A stretch of DNA of 63,976 nt, counting the filler, from Chiloscyllium plagiosum (taxonomy: Eukaryota), in assembly GCF_004010195.1 (NCBI RefSeq). It is 4 parts of one record of this genome, joined end to end, with 100 filler letters (N's around TTAATTAATTAA, not from the genome) between each part and the next. Parts side by side here need not be neighbours in the genome. Positions count along the whole stretch, not along the records: positions 1 to 20,935 come from NC_057710.1; 3 more parts are not named here. The stretch is one strand, 5' to 3'. The notes below the pieces were generated by a model, which saw nothing but the letters and a program-made list of their open reading frames with translations, was not told the DNA's origin and did no database searches. The position numbers and the translations under genes are program-made. Below, one piece after another: positions 1 to 12,021 of the stretch. Positions within the stretch are counted from its first letter, which is position 1. The number at the start of each line of letters is the position of its first letter.

Positions 1-170
1 CCATTTATCTCTCCACCCTGGAGGCTCCCTGCCTCCATTCCTGATGAAGGGCTTTTGCCCGAAACCTTGATTTTCTGCTCCTCAGATGCTGCCTGACCTG
101 CTGTGCTTTTCCAGCACCACTCTGATGTAGACTCTGATTTCCAGCATCTGCAGTCCTCACTTTTGCCTTG
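1..170 (+). mobile_element. Penelope-like element 3' end/pseudo-LTR with hammerhead-like core
   Basis: CTGATGA-A-GGGC-TTTT-GCCC-GAAA at 41-64, followed by the GATGCTGCCTGACCTGCTGTGCTTTTCCAGCA...CAGCATCTGCAGTCCTCACTTT tail. The same core and tail start follow the GIY-YIG remnant at 45946. Confidence 0.75.
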
Positions 171-999
171 TTCCTTAATGGGTTCCACCAAATGTTGCTC
201 CAAAAAGAAACATTGCTGTGCTTTTCCAGCACCACTCTGATGTAGACTCTGATTTCCAGCATCTGCAGTCCTCACTTTTGCCTTGTTCCTTAATGGGTTC
301 CACCAAATGTTGCTCCAAAAAGAAACATTTTGTGGACATTCCACATATTCCTTTTCTTGACTTCCTCAGTCCACCTGCACACTGAAATCTCCCATCTTGT
401 AATATTGCCCATCTTAAATGCCCTTTCTATCTCTTGATTTATTTTCTTCTCCACATCCTGACTACTGCTAGGAGGTCTGTGTACAACTCTCATCAATTAC
501 TTATTCTCTTTGCAGTTCCTCAATTCTACCAACACAGATTCGATAACACTTCTTGCTATTGATTGAATTTTTTTATACAACTGCATCATGACCTCAGGGC
601 TCCGGAACTCAATTCCTCTACCAATAAAAGCCAGTACGCCATATGCCTTCCTCACCGCACTATTTACCTGGGCCGCACTATTTACCAAATCATTATTAAA
701 TAACACTTCTTGCTATTGATTGAATTTCATTCCTTACTAACAAGGTCAGCCTTGCCCTCTGTCCATCTGCCTGTCTTTTTGGTAGAATGTGTATCCTTGG
801 ATATTTAGTTCCCAGCCCTGATCTCTTTGCAGCCATTTCTCTGTGATACCCACAGCATTGTAGCTGCCGATTTCAATCTGTGCTATAAGCTCATTTACCT
901 TGTTTCATATCCTGTGCACATTTCAGTCATGCATTGACTGTCCCCCTTCTCATAGTTGTCCCCTTTTCTGCTGTCCCTGAAGTTAGATTCCTGACCCTT

Positions 1000-1290
1000 T
1001 CATAGAATGTAGAACATAGAACAGTACAGTGCAGAACGGGCCCTTCGGCCCTCGATGTTACACCGACCTGTGAACTATTCTCAGCTCGTCCCCTACACTA
1101 CCCCATCACCATCCATGTGCTTATCTAAGGAATGTTTAATTCTCCCTAATGTGGCTGAGTTAACTACATTAGCAGGTAGGGCATTCCATGCCCTTACCAC
1201 TCTCTGCATAAAGAACCTGCCTCTGACATCTGTCTTAAATCTAGCACCCCTCAATTTGTAGTTATGCCCTCTCGTACAAGCTGACACTGA
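1000..1290 (-). mobile_element. CR1 LINE 3' end
   Basis: ORF ...TRGHNYKLRGARFKTDVRGRFFMQRVVRAWNALP..., the typical CR1 ORF2 C-terminus, with a short tandem tail (AGAAC/ATAG). Confidence 0.85.
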
Positions 1291-1295
1291 AGTGA

Positions 1296-1425
1296 TAACC
1301 ACCTGATGAAGGAGCGGAGCTCTGAAAGCTAGTGCTTCCAAATAAACCCGTTGGACTATAACCTGGTGTTGTGTGATTTGTAACTTTGTCCACCCCAGTC
1401 CAACACCGGCACCTCCAAATCATTA
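1296..1425 (+). mobile_element. Short Penelope-derived element (family 2) with minimal hammerhead motif
   Basis: CAC-CTGATGA-A-GGAGC-GGA-GCTCT-GAAA-GCTA-GTG at 1300-1334, followed by CCTGTTGGACTATAACCTGGTGTTGTGTGA-type sequence also seen at 34161-34367 and 54720-54960. Confidence 0.65.
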
Positions 1426-1849
1426 TTAAAAGTAAAACCGTTACCAGTTACTAACCAACCAGTCCTTTCTATTGCAGTGAAATAGGAGCCAAGTACAAGA
1501 TGGTGACCAGTAGGGGGACACAAAGGCACCGCCCCCTCGCCCACCAACCAAGCAATTACCGCACGCTTCACCAATTTCTCAGGCAGCAGTGGGAGCTCAG
1601 TCATAGCCTTGGGTCCAGCAGCTTGCATTAAGGAAGGCTAATAGAATTTTGGCATTTGTTGCTAAAGGAATCAAATATGACAGCAGGGAAGTGTTGTTGC
1701 AAGATTGCAACAGTGCATGGTGAGACTGCACTTGGAGCACCACTTACCCTTACTTGAGGAAGGATGGAATTTCATTTGAGGCAGTTTAAAGAAGGTTCAC
1801 TACATTAATTCCAGAGATGAAAGCGTTTGTCTTATCAAGAGAGACAGAA

Positions 1850-4650
1850 AGGTTGGCTCAAACTTAATGCAAAGAGTATCAGGAATAAAAGTGATGAGCT
1901 TAGAGCATGGATCAGTACCTGGTGCTACGATGTTGTGGCCATAACAGAGATGTGGGTTTCTCAGGGGCAGGAATGGTTGCTGGATGTTATAGGGTTTTCC
2001 AGGGTTTAGAGCATTTAGAAAGAGGAGGGGGGGGGGAGAAAGAGGAGGGGGTGGAGCATTGCTAATCAGAGAGGGTATCACAGCTGCAGAAGTTACCATT
2101 GTTGAGGTAACAATGGTTACCTACCGAGTCAGTATGGGTGGAAATTAGGAACAGTAAGGGAGCAGTCACCTCATTAGTGGTTTACTACAGGCCCCCCAAT
2201 AGCAGCAGGGAGATTGAAGAAAGTATAGGTCGGCAGATTTTGGAAAAGTGTGAATGTAGTAGAGTTGTTGCAATGGGTGACTTTAACTTTCCCAATATTG
2301 ATTGGAACCTCCTTCGAGCAGATGGTTTGGAAGGACCTGTTTTTGTAAGCTGTGTTCAGGAGGGTTTCCTAACTCAGTACGTTGACAGGTCAATGAGGGG
2401 AGAGGCCATTTTGGATTTGGTGCTCGGAATGAGCTGGGGCAGGTGTCAGATCTTGCAGTGGGAGAGCATTTTGGTGATAGTGACCACAACTGCCTCACAT
2501 TCTACATAGCTATGGAGAAGGAGAGAAGCAGGCAGAATGGGAGGATATTTAATTGGGCAAAAGGAAACTATGATGCTATCAGACGTGAGATGGGAAGCAT
2601 GGACTGGGAGCCCACTTGCCCGCAGTGGAAACACATGTGGCCGTTCTCCTCCTTTCCCGCCTCAAGAGCTTCTTTATTAACCTTTGGTAAATTCTTAGCT
2701 GTACTTTCTTTGTTTCATAGTGCAGGTTCTGCCAACTTCCATTCTTCACAGCATGAAACTATTACCGAAATCTTGTCTAATGCACAAGCGCAGATTCATG
2801 TTCGAATTCTGCTGTTCTTCCACTTCCACATCTTGCCGTTCAACAGCGTGAATTCTTATCATCTCTGGATTTGAGTTTTAAACTTCTCCAGCAGAATAAT
2901 CTCACTTTGAGGCTTCTTCGGTCATATCAATTTTAAGGCCCGATGCCTTCTATCAAAATGACTATGTTGAACGATTTCAAACTCAACATAAATCTGACCA
3001 GGTTCCTTCTTTCTGTTTCTCAACCGCTGTCTTTACACTTCTGGTACCAATCAATAAGCACTTAAATGCCTCTTTGAACTCTGCATCATCTCTTGACCCC
3101 TCATCTGACAGCGTTGCAAACACCTCACTGGTTCTTAGTCTGAAGCATTTTAAACTATAAGTCCTCGGAAAACTGTATCTGCTTAACTAATTCTTGAAGT
3201 CAATTGAAGAAGGCTTCAACATCTTTCTCATCAAAATGGAGCACAGTTTGAACATAAGTGTTTAGGAAAATCCCCGGCAATTACAGACCAGTCAGTCTCA
3301 CGTCTGTCGTCTGCAAGGTGTGAGAAAAGATTCTGAGGGATAGGATTTATGACCATCTGGAAGAGCATGGCTTGATTAAATGCAGTCAGCATGGCTTTGT
3401 GAGGGGGAGATCATGCCTCACCAATCTTATTGAGTTCTTTGAGGATGTTACTAGACAAGTTGATGAGGGTTGAGGATGTGGTGTATATGGACTTCAGCAA
3501 GTCCGTTCAGCATTTGATAAGGTTCCCCATAGTAGGCTTGTTCAGAAGGTCAGGAGGAATGGGATACAGGGAAATTTAGCTGTCTGGATACAGAATTGGC
3601 TGGTTGACAGAAGACAGCGAGTGGTAGTGGAAGGAAAGTATTCTGCCTGGAAGTCAGTGGTGAGTGGTGTTCCACAGGGGGCTGTTCTTAGGCCTCTACT
3701 CTTTGTAATTTTTATTAATGACTTGGATGAGGAGATTGAGGGATGGGTTAGCAAGTTTGCAAACGACACAAAGGTTGGAGTTGTCGTTGACAGTATAGAG
3801 GGCTGTTGTAGGCTGCAGCGGGACATTGACAGGATGCAGAGATGGGCTGAGAGGTGGAGATGGAGTTCAACCTGGATAAATGCGAAGTGATGCATTTTGG
3901 AAGGTCGAACTTGAAAGTTGAGTACAGGATTAAAGACAGGATTCTTGGCAGTATGGAGGAACAGAGGGATCTTCGTGTGCAGGTACATAGATCCCTTAAA
4001 ATGGCCACCCAAGTGGACAGGGTTGTTAAGAAAGCATATGGTGTTTTGGCTTTCATTAACAGGGGGATTGAGTTTAAGAGCCGTGAGATCTTGTTGCAGC
4101 TCTATAAAACTTTGGTTAGACCGCAATTGGAATACTGCGTCCATTTCTGGTCGCCCTATTATAGGAAAGATGTGGATGCTTTGGAGAGGGTTCAGAGGAG
4201 GTTTACCAGGATGCTGCCTGGAATGGAGGGCTTATCTTATAAAGAAAGGTTGACTGAGTTCGGACTTTTTTCATTGGAAAAAAGAAGGAAGAGAGGGGAC
4301 CTAATTGAGGTGTACAAGACAATGAGAGGCATAGATCGAGTTGATAGCAAGAGACTTTTTCCCAGGGCAGAAATTGTTAACACGTGGGTTTAAACTGTTT
4401 GGTGGAAAGTATAGAGGGGATGTCAGAGGCGGGTTCTTTACGCAGAGAGTTGTGAGAGCATGGAATGCGTTGCCAGCAGCAGTTATGGAAGCGAGGTCAT
4501 TGGGAATATTTAAGAGACTGCTGGACATGCATATGGTCACAGAAATTTGAGGGTTCGTACATTAGGTTTACTTTACATGAGAATCAATGGTCGGCACAAA
4601 ATCGTGGGCTGAAGGGCCTGTTCTGTGCTGTACTGTTCTATGTTCTATGT
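1850..4650 (+). mobile_element. Degenerate CR1 LINE ORF2 (endonuclease 1850-2610; RT and 3' tail 3270-4650)
   Basis: LNAKSIRNK, VVYYRPP, MGDFNFP and SDHN endonuclease motifs; SGVPQG/FANDTK RT motifs; WNALP C-terminus; TTCTATG tail. Several frameshifts and stops. Confidence 0.92.
2611..3265 (-). mobile_element. Degenerate Ty3/gypsy-type gag fragment inside the CR1
   Basis: The minus strand yields FDEKDVEAFF, RTSEVFATLSDE, LVPEV*RQRLRN, EPGQIYVEFE and a truncated zinc knuckle CFHCGQVG, all typical of fish gypsy gag proteins. Confidence 0.75.
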
Positions 4651-4819
4651 TAAACTCTGTGGAGTGTGGAAAAAGGAGAAGAGATCTGATTGAAGGATGT
4701 AAGATGTGAAAGGGGATTGACAAAATAGAGAGAGAGTCTTTCCCTTTGTGGGGCAATCCAGAATGAGGTTTAGGATAAGGGGTGGCAGATTTAAAACCAA
4801 TTAGGAGGAGTTACTTTTT

Positions 4820-5127
4820 TTTGTAGAATACCTACAGTGTGGAAACAGGCCATTCGGCCCAACCAGTCCACACCGACCCTCTGAAGAGCATCCCCCTACT
4901 CTATCTCTGTAATCCTGCATTTCCCACAGCTAATACACCTAGCCTGCACACTATACACAATTTAGCATAGCCAATCTACCTAATGTCTTTGGACTGTGGG
5001 AGGAAACCCACGCAGACACGGGGAGAATGTGCAAACTCCAAACAGACAGTCATCTGAGAGTGGAGTTGAACCCAGGTCCCTGGCGCTGTGAGGCAGCAGT
5101 ACTAACCACTGAGCCACCGTGCCGCCC
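4820..5127 (-). mobile_element. HE1-type V-SINE
   Basis: tRNA-like head GGGCGGCACGGTGGCTCAGTGGTTAG, B-box GGTTCAA, and V-domain TGGAGTTTGCACATTCTCCCCGTGTCTGCGTGGGTTTCC. Confidence 0.88.
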
Positions 5128-5319
5128 TTTTCTCAAAGGGTCGTGAATCTGTGGAATTTACAACCCCAGCATGTGGTAGACACTGAATAAGTTTAAGGAG
5201 GAGATTTTTATGGTAATGGGTTGAAGGGTTATGGAAAGCAGACAGGAAAGTGGAGTTGAGGCCGAGGTGAGATCAACCACGATCGTATTGAATGGTGGAG
5301 CAGGCTCCAGGGGCGGAAT

Positions 5320-5506
5320 GAAAGTGAGGACTACAGATGCTGGAGATCAGAGTCGAGAGTGTGGTGCTGGAAAAGCACAGCAGCTCAGGCAGCATCTGAT
5401 GAGCAGGAGAATCAATGTTTCGGGCATGGGCCCTTCATCAGGATTCTCCTGCTCCTCGGATGCTGCCTGACCTGCTGTGCTTTTCCAGCACCACACTCTT
5501 GACTCG
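5320..5506. mobile_element. Palindromic Penelope-derived element (family 1)
   Basis: Inverted arms GAGTGTGGTGCTGGAAAAGCACAGCAG... / ...CTGCTGTGCTTTTCCAGCACCACACTC, inserted in a CR1 3' UTR. Confidence 0.75.
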
Positions 5507-5809
5507 AGGAGCTGAAAGGCTTACTCCAGCTTATTGTTCATGTTCTCACTGTGCTAGAAATCTGTACTCTGCTTGCAAGCTGCACAGATGCTCTTGCACT
5601 GAAACGCTCTGTTGCGACAGTGAAAAAAGACTAGACTCAACCTGTTTAACCAATTAATCAGCAACTCTCTCACACAGCATGTTTAGCTTAAGGCTAGAAG
5701 AAGCTTATTTTACTTGCTAATCTTATTTTAATTCTTAACTCAGTAAATACAAATTAAATGCCAGCTGCAGACCATATTTTAAGCGAGATATTGACATTTA
5801 GCAAACGGC

Positions 5810-6260
5810 CCCATGGCATAATTGCTAGACTATTACTTGAGAGACCAGATAATGTTCTGTGATCCTGGGCTCAAATCCCACTTTGGCTGAAGTTAGAATT
5901 TGAATATAATAAAAATCTGGGATTAAGAATCTTAATGATATTGGCTGATTACTGGTGGTGGTTAGTAGTTTCCAAAAATAGACAAAGTCATGGTGATTTT
6001 AGTGGTGGGAGGTCACTTAGCTGTGCGTGATAACATTTCTGGCTACAAAAAAACAGAAGAAGTTTTGATTGATGACCACGTTGATGGTCAGGAAAAACTC
6101 TTTGGTTCACTGAGATAGAAATCTGCCATCCTTACTTGGTCTGGCAGACATGTGACTCCAGACCCACAACAATGTGGTTGACTCTTATCTGTCCTCTGGG
6201 TAATTAGGGATGGACAATAAATGCTGGCCTAGTTAGCAATACTCTCATCCTGTAAATGCT
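5810..6260 (+). mobile_element. Degenerate SINE sharing its 3' tail with the second CR1-type LINE family
   Basis: ATCTGCCATCCTTACTTGGTCTGG...TGTGACTCCAGACCCAC...TAGGGATGGACAATAAATGCTGGCC. Related copies at ~14270-14550, 31420-31530 and 55960-56120. Confidence 0.65.
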
Positions 6261-6459
6261 TTTTTTTTAAAAAACAAGTCACTGTTCACTGTACTTGTCG
6301 GGTTGTAATACATAAATGTGAGAGACCAATGAATTCAAAACAATTGCAACAGCATATATGCTCAGGGAATTCAAGGAAATCACCTCCAACACCTAAAATA
6401 CCTCAAAAAAGGAGCAGCCTGTTACAGCCAGAAATTTTTCCCATCCTCCACCTTGGATT

Positions 6460-7640
6460 AAGACTGGAGGTTGGCTCACGTGGTGCCACTGTTTAAGAAA
6501 GGTGGTAAGTCAGGTGGTGGGCAAGTTGTTGCAGGGAGTCCTGAGGGACTGGATGTACATGTATTTGGAAAGGTAAGAACTGATTAGGGATAGTCAACAT
6601 GGCTTTGTGCGTGGGAAATCATGTCTCACAAATTTGATTGAGTTTTTTGAAAAAGTAACAAAGAGGATTAATGAGGACATAGTAGTGGACGTGATCTGTA
6701 TGGACTTCAGTAAGGCATTCAACATGGTTTCCCATGGGAGATTGATTAGCAAGGTTAGATCTCATGGAATACAGAGACAGCTAGCCAGTTGGTTACAGAA
6801 CTGGCTCAAAGGTAGAAGACAGAGAGTGGTGGTGGAGGGTTGTTTTTCAGAGTGGAGGCCTGTGACCAGTGGAGTGCCATAAGGACCAGTGCTGGGTCCA
6901 CTACTTTTCATCATTGAAATAAATGTTTTGGATGTTAATATAGAAGGTATAGTTAGTAAGTTTGCAGATGACACCAAAATTGGACAGCGAAGAAGGTTAC
7001 CCCAGATTACAATGGGATCTTCATCAAATGGGCCAATGGGCTGAGGAGTGGCAGATGGAATTTAATTCAGCTAAATGCGAGGTGCTGCATTTTGGGAAAG
7101 CAAATCTTAGCAGGACTTATACATTTAATGGTAAGGTCCTGGGGTGTGTTGCTGAACAAAGATTTACAAGGATGTTACAAGGATTTACAGGGTTGGAGGA
7201 TTTGAGCTATAGGGAGAGGCTGAATTGGCTGGAGCCATTTTCCCTGGAGCGTCGGAGGCTGAGGGGTGACCTTATAGAGGTTTATAAAATCATGAGGGGC
7301 ATGAATAGGATAGACAGGCTTTTCCGTGGGGTGAGGGAGTCCAGAACTAGAGTGCATAGGTTTAGGGTGAGAAGGGAAAGATATAAAGGGACCTTAAAGG
7401 CAATGTTTTCACACAGAGGGTGATGCGAGTATGGAATGAGCTGTCAGAGGAAGTGGTGGAGGCTGGTACAATTGCAACATTTAAAAGGCATCTGCATGGG
7501 TATATGAACAGGAAGGGTTTAGAGGGATCTAGGCCAGGTGGTGACAGGTGGGACTACATTAGGTTGGGATATCTGGTCGGCATGGACGGGTTGGACCGAA
7601 GGGTCTGTTTCCGTGCCGTACATCACGATGACTCTATGAC
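6460..7640 (+). mobile_element. CR1 LINE RT to 3' end, internally deleted
   Basis: KSCLTNLIEFFE, DFSKAF, VTSGVP, FADDTK and WNEL motifs; ATGACTCT-type tail. Confidence 0.9.
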
Positions 7641-8296
7641 TTATGTAAACCTGTCTCACAGTAATATATAAATTTATCGCACTGCTGGTGATACCCATAA
7701 GTGCCTTCTCTGATAGGAGAATGTGGCAGATTCTTTGGGTCATTAACAGATATCACTCTGAGGACTCTTACAGTGTGGAAGCCAGCTATTTGGCCCACCA
7801 AGGCAAACTCTGAAGAGCATCCCACACAGCCCCTTGTTATTCCATGCTCCCCATGGCTGGTGCACCCAGCATGCGCATGTTTGGAATTGATGGAGGAAAT
7901 CAGAGCACCCAAAGGAAACCCCATGAAGAGAATGTGCAAACTCCACACAGTCGCCCAAGGGTGGAATCGAACCCGGCTCCCTGGTGCTGTGAAGCAGGAG
8001 TGCTAACCACCCTGCCTCCTCTAATCCAAGCAACCTGTGGAGAAATGCATCTGAAACCTGGACCCAGTCCTCCTGGCTGTGAAGTAGGGGACGCTACCAC
8101 TGTACCACAACAGCACTTGGGGGCCACTGTTGGTTGAACTGGACAACTGAGTGAGCTGTAGCAATATGTTGTCGCCACCCAGTGGTTCTGCCTTATCTCA
8201 CATTCAGGAAGAGAGTTCAATGCCATTTGTGTTGTGTTTGGTCAGAGTTCCTGGGTGGGGGGGGAGAGTGGAGAGTGGGGTGTAATGTGTCCTCAC

Positions 8297-8627
8297 CCGC
8301 GTTGTTAATGAGCAGCAGTCTGTCCGGAGCGGCTCCCTCTGTGCTGATCGCCGTGTTCAGGACACGCTGCAAACCCTCTTCCCGGCTCAGGTCTGCTTCA
8401 ACTCGGCTCAGACGGACTTGGCCACCCCTCCCCGGGCTCTCCTCCAGCAGCCGAGCCTCCAGCTGCTGCAGGCGCTCCCCGGACCTGGCCACCAGCACCA
8501 GGTGGGAGCCCGGCATCAGCCGGGGGGCTAGCACCATGGACAGCGCCCAGCCCAGCCCCCGGGACGCCCCCGTGATGATACACAGGCTCCTGCCCAGGTC
8601 AGCCGCGTCTCTCCGCCCTGCAGCCAT
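8297..8627 (-). CDS. SPR: Sepiapterin reductase, coding exon 1 (SDR family, NADPH-binding Rossmann fold)
   Basis: Translates MAAGRRDAADLGRSLCIITGASRGLGWAL...LVLVARS...VEADLSREEGLQRVL...RLLLINNA(G). It has the TGxxxGxG and NNAG motifs and closely resembles vertebrate SPR (LGRAVCLLTGASRGFG...LLLINNAG). The ATG is in a strong Kozak context (AGGATGG). A phase-1 GTGAG donor at 8296-8292 falls where I recall SPR exon 1 ending. The region is GC/CpG-rich. Exons 2-3 were not found in the window. Confidence 0.95.
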
Positions 8628-8770
8628 CCTCCCGCACTGACTTCCTCTGACATCAGATCCCAGACCTGCCCACACACACATACACACACACTCTCCCCTC
8701 CGTCACTACGTGTGACCAAGCAGCTTCGGACGCTCACGTACCCAGCCTTGGCTAATAGGCAGGGCTCACA
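8628..8770 (-). promoter_or_regulatory. Putative SPR 5'UTR/proximal promoter
   Basis: Short non-repetitive, CpG-containing stretch directly upstream of the SPR ATG. Contains a short CA/TG run (~8671-8691), CGTCA (8701-8705), TACGTG (8707-8712) and CACGTA (8735-8740). The transcription start cannot be determined. Confidence 0.5.
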
Positions 8771-8898
8771 ACCTCTCTGTCATTAATACCAAAGGGACAC
8801 TGCTCTTCAGAGGGCTGGTGTGAACTCAATGGGCTGACTGACCTGGTTCCTCATTGTAGGGATTCTAGGAGGACATGCCTCTCTGACTTTCCTACATT

Positions 8899-10045
8899 CC
8901 CTCAGTACTGACCCTCCAATAGTGCACAGTCCCTCAGTACCGACCCTCTAACAGTGTGGCGTTCCCTCAGTATTGACCCTCTGACAGTGCAGCACTCCCT
9001 CAGTACTGACTCTCCAACAGTGCGGCACTCCCTCAGTAACAGTTTGGCATTCCCTCAGCACTGACCCTCTGACAGTGTGGCACTCCCTCAGTACTGACTC
9101 TCTAACAGTGTGGCACTCCTTTAGTACTGACCCTCTGACAGTGTGGCACTCCCTCAGTACTGACCCTCCAGCAGTGTGGCACTCCTTCAGTACTGACCCT
9201 CCGACAGTGTGGCACTCCCTCAGTGCTGACTCTCTGACAGTGCGGCACTCCCTCAGTATGGACTCTCCGACAGTGTGGCACTCCTTCAGTACTGATCCTC
9301 TGACAGTGTGGCACTCCCTCAATACTGACCCTCCGACAGTGCGGCACTCCCTCAGTACTGACCCTCTGACAGTGCAGCACTCTCTCAGTACTGACCCTCT
9401 GATAGTGTGGCACTCCCTCAGTAACGACCCTCTGACAGTGCGGCACTTCCTCAGTACTGACCCTCTGACAGTGCACACTCCCTCAATACTGACCCTCTAA
9501 CAGTGCACACTCCCTCAGTAATGACCCTCTGACAGTGCGGCACTCCCTCAGTAATGACCCTCTGACAGTGCAGCACTCCCTCAGTAATGACCCTCTAACA
9601 GTACACACTCCCTCAGTAATGACCCTCTGACAGTGCACACTCCCTCAGTAATGACCCTCTGACAGTGCACACTCCCTCAGTAATGACCCTCTGACAATGC
9701 ACACTCCCTCAGAAATGACCCTCTGACAGAGTACACACTCCCTCAGTAATGACCCTCTAACAGTACACACTCCCTCAGTAATGACCCTCTGACAGTGCGG
9801 CACTCACTCAGTAATGACCCTCTGACAGTGCAGCACTCCCTCAGTAATGACCCTCTAACAGTACACACTCCCTCAGTAATGACCCTCTAACAGTGCACAC
9901 TCCCTCAGTAATAACCTTCTGACAGTGCCGCACTCCCTCAGTGCTGACCTGCTGACATTGCAGCACTCCCTCAGTATTAACCTTTCGATAGTGCAGCACT
10001 CTCTCACATTGACCCGCCGACAGTGCAGTGTTCTTTCAGTACTGA
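8899..10045. repeat. 33-bp (and 31-bp variant) minisatellite, ~35 copies
   Basis: Unit CACTCCCTCAGTACTGACCCTCTGACAGTGCGG, giving the 11-aa periodic ORFs. The right half switches to GTAATGA and a 31-bp variant. Confidence 0.97.
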
Positions 10046-10079
10046 ATGTAAGTGTGTGTTGGATTGTGGCCTTTAAGTT

Positions 10080-12010
10080 TGAGGACTTCAGTTGACAATT
10101 GTGAGATTTTACAGGTAAGATTATGTGCCAGCTAAATCCCAGCTGGTACTAGGCTGCCTGAAAAAGTGAACAACTGGGCTGGTCGAGGTGTACAGAAAGA
10201 AGTGGTGAAGGTATGAAATGGTGGGATGGCCTGCAGAGCTCCTGATTGTATTCTGTACTCTGTGCCTGCAGAACTGGATAAAAAGGGAAAGAGAGACACA
10301 TTACGATTAGAAATACAGCAAAAAACCAGAGGCTGTGGAGGACTGCAGAGGGCGAGTGCAAAGAAGGGGCATGAGAAGGGGCTGGCAGACTAGGTTAGAG
10401 AGAATCTCTAAGTATATCACGAGGAAGGGGATAACAAGGGAAAGAGTAGGGCCCATTAGGGACTAAGGGGGCAACCTGTATGTGAAAGCAGAGGACATTG
10501 TTAGAGTGATAACTAAATATTTAAGACCTGTCTTTACTTGGGAAAATTCTGCAAGTACAGAATTTGAGGGATTGGACTGCAAAGTTCATGAGCAGATTGA
10601 TATGAGATGCAAGGAGGTGTTGGAGGTTTTGTCAGATTTATAAATGGACAAAATGCCCAGGCCTGGATGAGTTGTACACTAGGGCTAAGAGGGAATAAAT
10701 TACAGGGGCTCTGACCCAACTTTCTAATTCCTCCCTGGCCACAGGGAGGTGCTGGAGGACTGGAGGACAGCTCATGTGGTTCCACTTTACCTAAATCATG
10801 AGAGGGATAGACGAGGGAACTACAGACTCGTGAGTGTCAAATCAGTGGGAGGGAAGATATTAGAGAAAATAGTGAAGGAGAGCATTAATCTCCATTTAAA
10901 GGTTTGATCAGGAATAGTCAGCAAGGCTTTGGCAGAGAGATGCCTGACAAATCCGGTGGAAGTTTTTTGAGGAGGTGACCAAGTATTTGGATGTTGGTAG
11001 GGCAGTCGATGGAGTTTATATGGATTTCAGCAAGGTCCTTGAAAGTAAAAGCACATGGGATCCAGGGTGATGTGGCAAGGTAGATCCAAAATTGGCTTAG
11101 TGCCGGGAGACAGAGAGTGGTGGTGCAAGGCTGTTTGTATGCCTGGAACCCGGTGTTGAGTGGTGTACCACAGGGGTCAGTGCTGGCTCCCTTACTGTTT
11201 GTGATCTTCAGGAAAGATGGGCATGAGGATATGAGGGGAGATGATAAGCAAGTTTACAGATGACACAAAGATTAGCCGGGTGACAGTGAGGAGGAAGGTG
11301 TTAAGGTACAGGAGGATTGATCAGATAGGCAGATCAGTGGCAGATGGAACTTAACCTTGATAAATATGAGGTGATGCACTTTGGGAGAGCGGGGAGGTTA
11401 TGTTGGAGCTGTACAGGATTTTGGTCACAGTTGGAATGCTGTGTGCAGTTCTGATCACCGCACTGTAGGAAGGATGTGATTGCACTGGAGGGGGGTGTAA
11501 GAGGAGACTCACCAGAATGTGGTCTGAGATGGGGCGGTTTAGTGATGAAGTGAGGCTGGCTAAATTCTGAGGAAAGGTCACGGGACTCGAAACATTAACT
11601 CTGATTTCTCTTCACAGATGTTGCCAGACCTGCTGGGTTTTTCCAGCAATTTCGGTTTTTGTTTCTGGATAGGTTTGGGCTTTTTTACTTCGGAGCAGCT
11701 AAGGTCGAGGGTGGACCGACAGAGGTGTATAAGATTGTGAGGCACATGGACAGAGTGAATAGAAAGCAGCTATTCCTCTTAGTTGAAAAGTCAGTATGAA
11801 TGGACATAATTTTAAAGTGAAAGGCGGGATGTTTAGAGGGGATTTGAGGAAAAGTTTTTTTCACCAGAGGGTGATAGGGGTCTGGAATGCACCTCCTGGG
11901 AGGGGATCTGAGGCAGGAAACCTCATAACCTTGGAACTTCGATGAGCACTTAAAGTGTAAAAATATTCAAGGGTTCAGATTAGTGGGACTAGTGGAGGTA
12001 GTGTTGTATT
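10080..12010 (+). mobile_element. Old, heavily decayed CR1 LINE with a nested Penelope-derived fragment (11565-11670)
   Basis: Residual motifs such as TATATGGATTTCAGCAAG, GGTGTACCACAGGGGTCAGTGCTGG and TTTACAGATGACACAAAG. Confidence 0.8.
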
Positions 12011-12021
12011 TTTGGCAGTAC

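Noticed and set aside
8628..8687. Upstream extension of the SPR ORF (MCMCVWAG...)
   Set aside because: Derives from the TG repeat in the 5' region; the ATG at 8627 has the better Kozak context and fits the known SPR N-terminus.
8948..9500. Cys/His-periodic ORFs resembling zinc-finger or repeat proteins
   Set aside because: Translations of the 33-bp minisatellite, open on both strands, with no splice or start context.
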